From assembly GCA_014905635.1 (NCBI GenBank), contig JABVCE010000023.1:62001-126000 (forward strand): a DNA stretch of 64,000 bases, read 5' to 3'. Source of the DNA: Scenedesmus sp. PABB004. Its lineage: Eukaryota. The stretch's first letter is position 1, and the number at the start of each line of letters is the position of its first letter. A program made the translations under genes and the position numbers. Shown here piece by piece: positions 60,458 through 64,000 of this stretch. Under the pieces are notes generated by a model. It was not told the origin of the DNA. It saw only the letters and a program-made list of their open reading frames with translations, and searched no databases.

Positions 60458-60561
60458 CGAACGGCGGCGGCGGCGCCCAGCGCGGCCCGGTGTGCCGCAA
60501 GCAGCGCGGCGGGCGAGCTGCGCAGCGCCAGCTGGCGGGCTGGCACGCAGCGCACGGACCC
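60458..60561 (-). repeat. Right copy of the ~100-bp inverted repeat (partner at 54740-54841)
   Basis: See left copy. Confidence 0.93.
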
Positions 60562-60692
60562 TAGCCCCGGCGCTCCGCAGCCGGGCGGCCAAGGGCGCGG
60601 CGTGCCGCGGCGGCCGCCCAAAGTCGGCCCGCGCAGCGTGCACCGATTGCACGCGCGGCGCCGCGCCGCGCCGCCCGCGCCCGCCCCGGACA

Positions 60693-63600
60693 TCATCGCC
60701 TGCCCGCCGAGGGCCCGGCCGCCAGCAGCCCGGCCGCCGCGCAGGCGGCCGCGAGCGCCCAGCGCGCCGGCGCGCGCGCCGCGCCGGCGGCGCCGTTGCT
60801 CGCGCCCGCGCTCGCGCGGCGCGCCGCGATGCTGCTCGGCCGCGCGCCGCCGCCGCCGGCAGCGCCGCCCGGCGGCGCCGCCGCGACCTGCAGCGCCGCG
60901 AGCGCCCAGTTGGCCTCGCCCTTGACGCAGCTCGCGTCGACCGCGCTGTCGGGGCGCGTCGTGCCAAAGGTGCCGGTGAGGATGTTGGTCTTCATGTAAC
61001 ACTTGCCCAGGCTCGTGACCACGTACTGGCACGCAGGCTCGGCGGCGCACTGGCCCTTGCAGAACACGACCGCGCCCGCGCCCGTGGTGATGGTGATGTA
61101 GTCGACCATGCGCACGCCGTCGCCCGCAAAGTCATAGTTCTTGATGCAGTACATCCCGCCCGCGTCTGCGGCGTGTGCGTGTGTGCGTGTGTGCGAGTGG
61201 GGAGAGGCGGGCAGGGGCCGGCGGTGTCGGCGGCGCTCGCGCACGAGAGGCGGCGCGCGGCGGAGCGGCGAGCACGCGCGCGGGCCGGCGGCGCCGCACC
61301 GGGGTTGCCAAACTTGTTCCAGTCGGCGGCGCTCGCGAAGCAGAGGCCGTACGTGCCCGGGTCGGCGAGCGACGTGTTGAACTGCGCGCGGCGGCGGCGG
61401 CGGTGGCGTCGGCGGCGCGGCGCGCGGCCCCGCCGCCGGGGCAGGGGCGGCGGCAGCGAGGCGGCGCGGCGGCGGTCGCGGCCGGGCTCACGTTGACGCT
61501 CTTGAGCAGCGTGCACGCGCCGGTCTCGCCCATCGAGTAGGCCACGCACGCGCCGCCCTCCTCGTCGCACTTGGCCGCGCACTGGGTGAGGCCCTCGTCG
61601 CCCATGGGCACCTGGACCTTTTTGAGCGCCGCGCCGCCGACGTTGTACTGCTTGATGCAGCGGTACGCCTTGGCGCTGCCGTTGAGCCCGACCGGCGCGA
61701 TCGCGGCGACGCTCGGCGTCTCGACGCCCGTGTTGACCTCGGGCGACGGCAGCGCGTAGTCGAGCTGCCCGCCAAAGGTGACCCACGCGTCCTGGCCGTT
61801 GAAGCAGGTGAGGTCGACGTCGGTCGACGGCCCCGTGCTGCCGTAGAGGCCGCCGAGCGCGTGCATTTTGAGGTAGCACGTCGACGTCGCGCCCGCGGCG
61901 GGGGCCTTTTTTAGCAAGTAGTACTGGCACCCCACCGTGCCCTTGCACGTCGTCGCGCACATGCTCGGCGTCATGCCAGCGATCTCGGTGTTGGCCGTCT
62001 GCGGGCGCGGCGCGGCGGACGCGCGGGCGCGCGGCGCGGCGGCGTGAGCGGGCGGGCGCGAGCGGGGCGCGTGAGCGGCGGCGCAAGCGCGCGGCGCGGC
62101 CCGCGCGCGCGCGCGCGCGCCTGCACGGGCGCCTCGGCGTCGCCCGAGCCCGCGGGGTCGCCCTTGAGGTCGTAGCCGCGCAGGCAGAAGAAGCCGCTGC
62201 CCACCAGCTGGGCTGCACGGCGGCGGCGGCGCCGCGGCGCGCGGTGTCGCCGCGCGCGCGCCGCGCGCGTCCCCGCGCGACCACCCCTCCCGCGCTGCCG
62301 CCGCCGCGCTGCGCCGCCCGCGCACACCCTAGACCCGCCGCACCGTTGCGCGCGCCAAAGTCGAGCCAGTCGCTCGCGCTCTTCATGCACAGCCCATCCA
62401 TGGTCGCGTCGGCGGCGCTGCTGTTGGTGTTGAACTCCTTCATGAGGAAGCACTTCTTGCCGGTCTGGCCAAAGCCGGCGCAGGCGCTCGAGAGCGCGTT
62501 GCACGCGACCGCGCACGCGGTCACGCCCTCGTCGCCGGCGGGGACCTCCTTCTGGCTGTGGATCTTGCCGCCGACGTTGTACTGCCGCAGGCAGTAGTAC
62601 CGCACCGCCTGCTGCACGACCGCGTCGTCGACCGCGGGCTCGGGCTGGGGGTTGTCCGCGAGCGCGTCGCTCACGTTGCGCGGCCGCGGCGCGTCGCCGG
62701 CCGCGGCCGCGGGCGCGGCCGCGGCGGCAGGCGCGGGCGCCGCCGCATCCGCCGCCGCCGCGGCCGGGTCCGCCTCCGCGGGCGCCGCCGCGGCCGCCGC
62801 GCCGGCGGGGAGCTTGTCGACCAGGTTGAAGACCACCTTTGCGGTGATCACCTGGTCCGCCTCGGGCTGCAGGCTCGCGACGCTGTTCACCTCGGCCGTG
62901 CCCTTGAGCATGGTCACCTGCACGTTGAGCGTGTGCTTGCCCTGCGCGGCCGCGAGAACGCGGGCGCGCACGGCGTCGGCGGGCGGCGTCGGCGGGCGGC
63001 GCCGGGGAGCAGCCGCCGCCGGGGCTGCTCGCGCAGCCCCTCCCTCCCTCCCTCGGTCCGCGCGGCGCAGCCCGCGGCCCGCGCGGCCGGTGCCGGCGCC
63101 GCACCGGCGCGAGCGTGTCGAGCGTGGTGAGGCTGATGTAGGGCGGGCCGGCCAGCGGCATGGTCGCCTTCTTGTCGATGCCGCCGTCGATGTTGTACGT
63201 CACGTCGTACCCCGCCGGCGCCGCGACGGTGGTCAGGCACGTCGCGAGCAGCTGCTTCCCGCCGCCGCCGCCGCCGCCGAGGGGGCGAGCGCGGCGCCGC
63301 CGAAGCCGGCGCCGCCGGCCCAGCCGAGCGCGGCGCCGAGCAGCGCGCCGCCCGCCTGCGCCAGGCGGCGGCGCCCCGCCTTGCCGGGCAGGCAGTCGGC
63401 GGGCACGCACTCGCGCTTGCTGAACAGCGGGTGCTCCGGCTGCACGTACAGCTTGGGCGTGGGCTTGGCCGCGAGCGTGACGGTGTTGAGCGAGCTCGTG
63501 TCCTCGTTGCCCGCCGCCACCTGCGCCTTGCGCGTCCACGCGTCGGGCACGTTGGCGGTGTCCGGGGGGAAAAAGTTGACGGTCAGCGCGGGGCACGCTG

Positions 63601-63911
63601 CGTGCGCCGCGCGGCACGCCGCTGCGGGGCGCCGGCGGCGGCGGCGGCGGCGGCGGGCGGGCGGCGGTTGGCGCACGTGCCGCGCCGCGCGCCTGCTGCT
63701 GCCGCCGGCGCCGCGGGCAGGCGCGCCGCGCCCTGCGCTGTGCCCCCCGGCGTGGTGGGGGGACGGTGGGCTGCGCCCGGCCGCGCGCGGTCGCGGCGTC
63801 ACCGGCCGTGCGCCGCTGCTGCTGCTGCGCGGTGCGCGGCGCCGCCGGCTCGCGCCGCGGCCGCCGCCGGCACGCAGCCCCCGAAAGCTGGACTGCCAGG
63901 TCGGGCTGCAT
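60693..63911 (-). CDS. Cys-rich extracellular protein with four PAN/apple-like domains and a possible GPI-anchor signal; 5' end uncertain and may lie outside the window
   Basis: Four modules start YYCLRQYNVGG, FFCLRGYDLKGD, YRCIKQYNVGG and MYCIKNYDFAGD, each with a CxxxC..C..CYLK-type pattern. Hydrophobic tail WALAAACAAAGLLAA. GC donors at 63379 and 62120. Confidence 0.7.
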
Positions 63912-64000
63912 CTGGCTGCCCCGCGATGGCCGCTGGCGCCGGGCTGCGTGCGCTCGGGCCCCCCTGCCGCCCGGTGTGTCGCGCCGCGCCGCTCGCCAGC

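Noticed and set aside
1..64000. Hundreds of long overlapping Arg/Ala/Pro/Gly-rich ORFs in the six-frame track (e.g. 5265-8789, 47474-49915, 57129-59537)
   Set aside because: Expected from stop-codon scarcity at about 80% GC; they are antisense or out-of-frame shadows, or read through introns of real genes.

Overview
Eukaryotic, extremely GC-rich (about 80% by eye), gene-dense nuclear DNA, most likely from a chlorophyte green alga. The evidence is short GC-rich introns with GTGCG/GTGAG donors, TGTAA poly(A) signals and plant-type PEX22/SEC/Tic32-like genes. The six-frame ORF track is mostly GC-driven noise. By splicing exons by hand I reconstruct about 20 genes: O-GlcNAc transferase, N-myristoyltransferase, an R2R3-type MYB, a CCDC6-like protein, PEX22, EB1, a secreted sulfatase, a MORN-PIP5K, a Tic32-like SDR, a CCDC33-like C2/coiled-coil protein, a secreted metzincin, a PITH protein, URM1, V-ATPase subunit c, an FAD monooxygenase, a PAN/apple surface protein and four hypothetical proteins. 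The main observations are: (1) about 21 of about 118 introns (about 18%) need a GC donor, always after an exonic AG and mostly GCGCG; (2) a ~100-bp inverted repeat pair (54740-54841 / 60458-60561) brackets an intron-free low-complexity gene and also lies sense-oriented in the 3' regions of both flanking genes; (3) the PIP5K lacks the catalytic IID aspartate; (4) the sulfatase has a CAQSR activation motif; (5) a bacterial-type metallopeptidase is fused to SUEL-like lectin repeats; (6) four single-base deficits in G/C homopolymers are probably assembly errors. No tRNA, rRNA, CRISPR array or transposase was recognised. Exon boundaries are hand-derived and lack transcript support.
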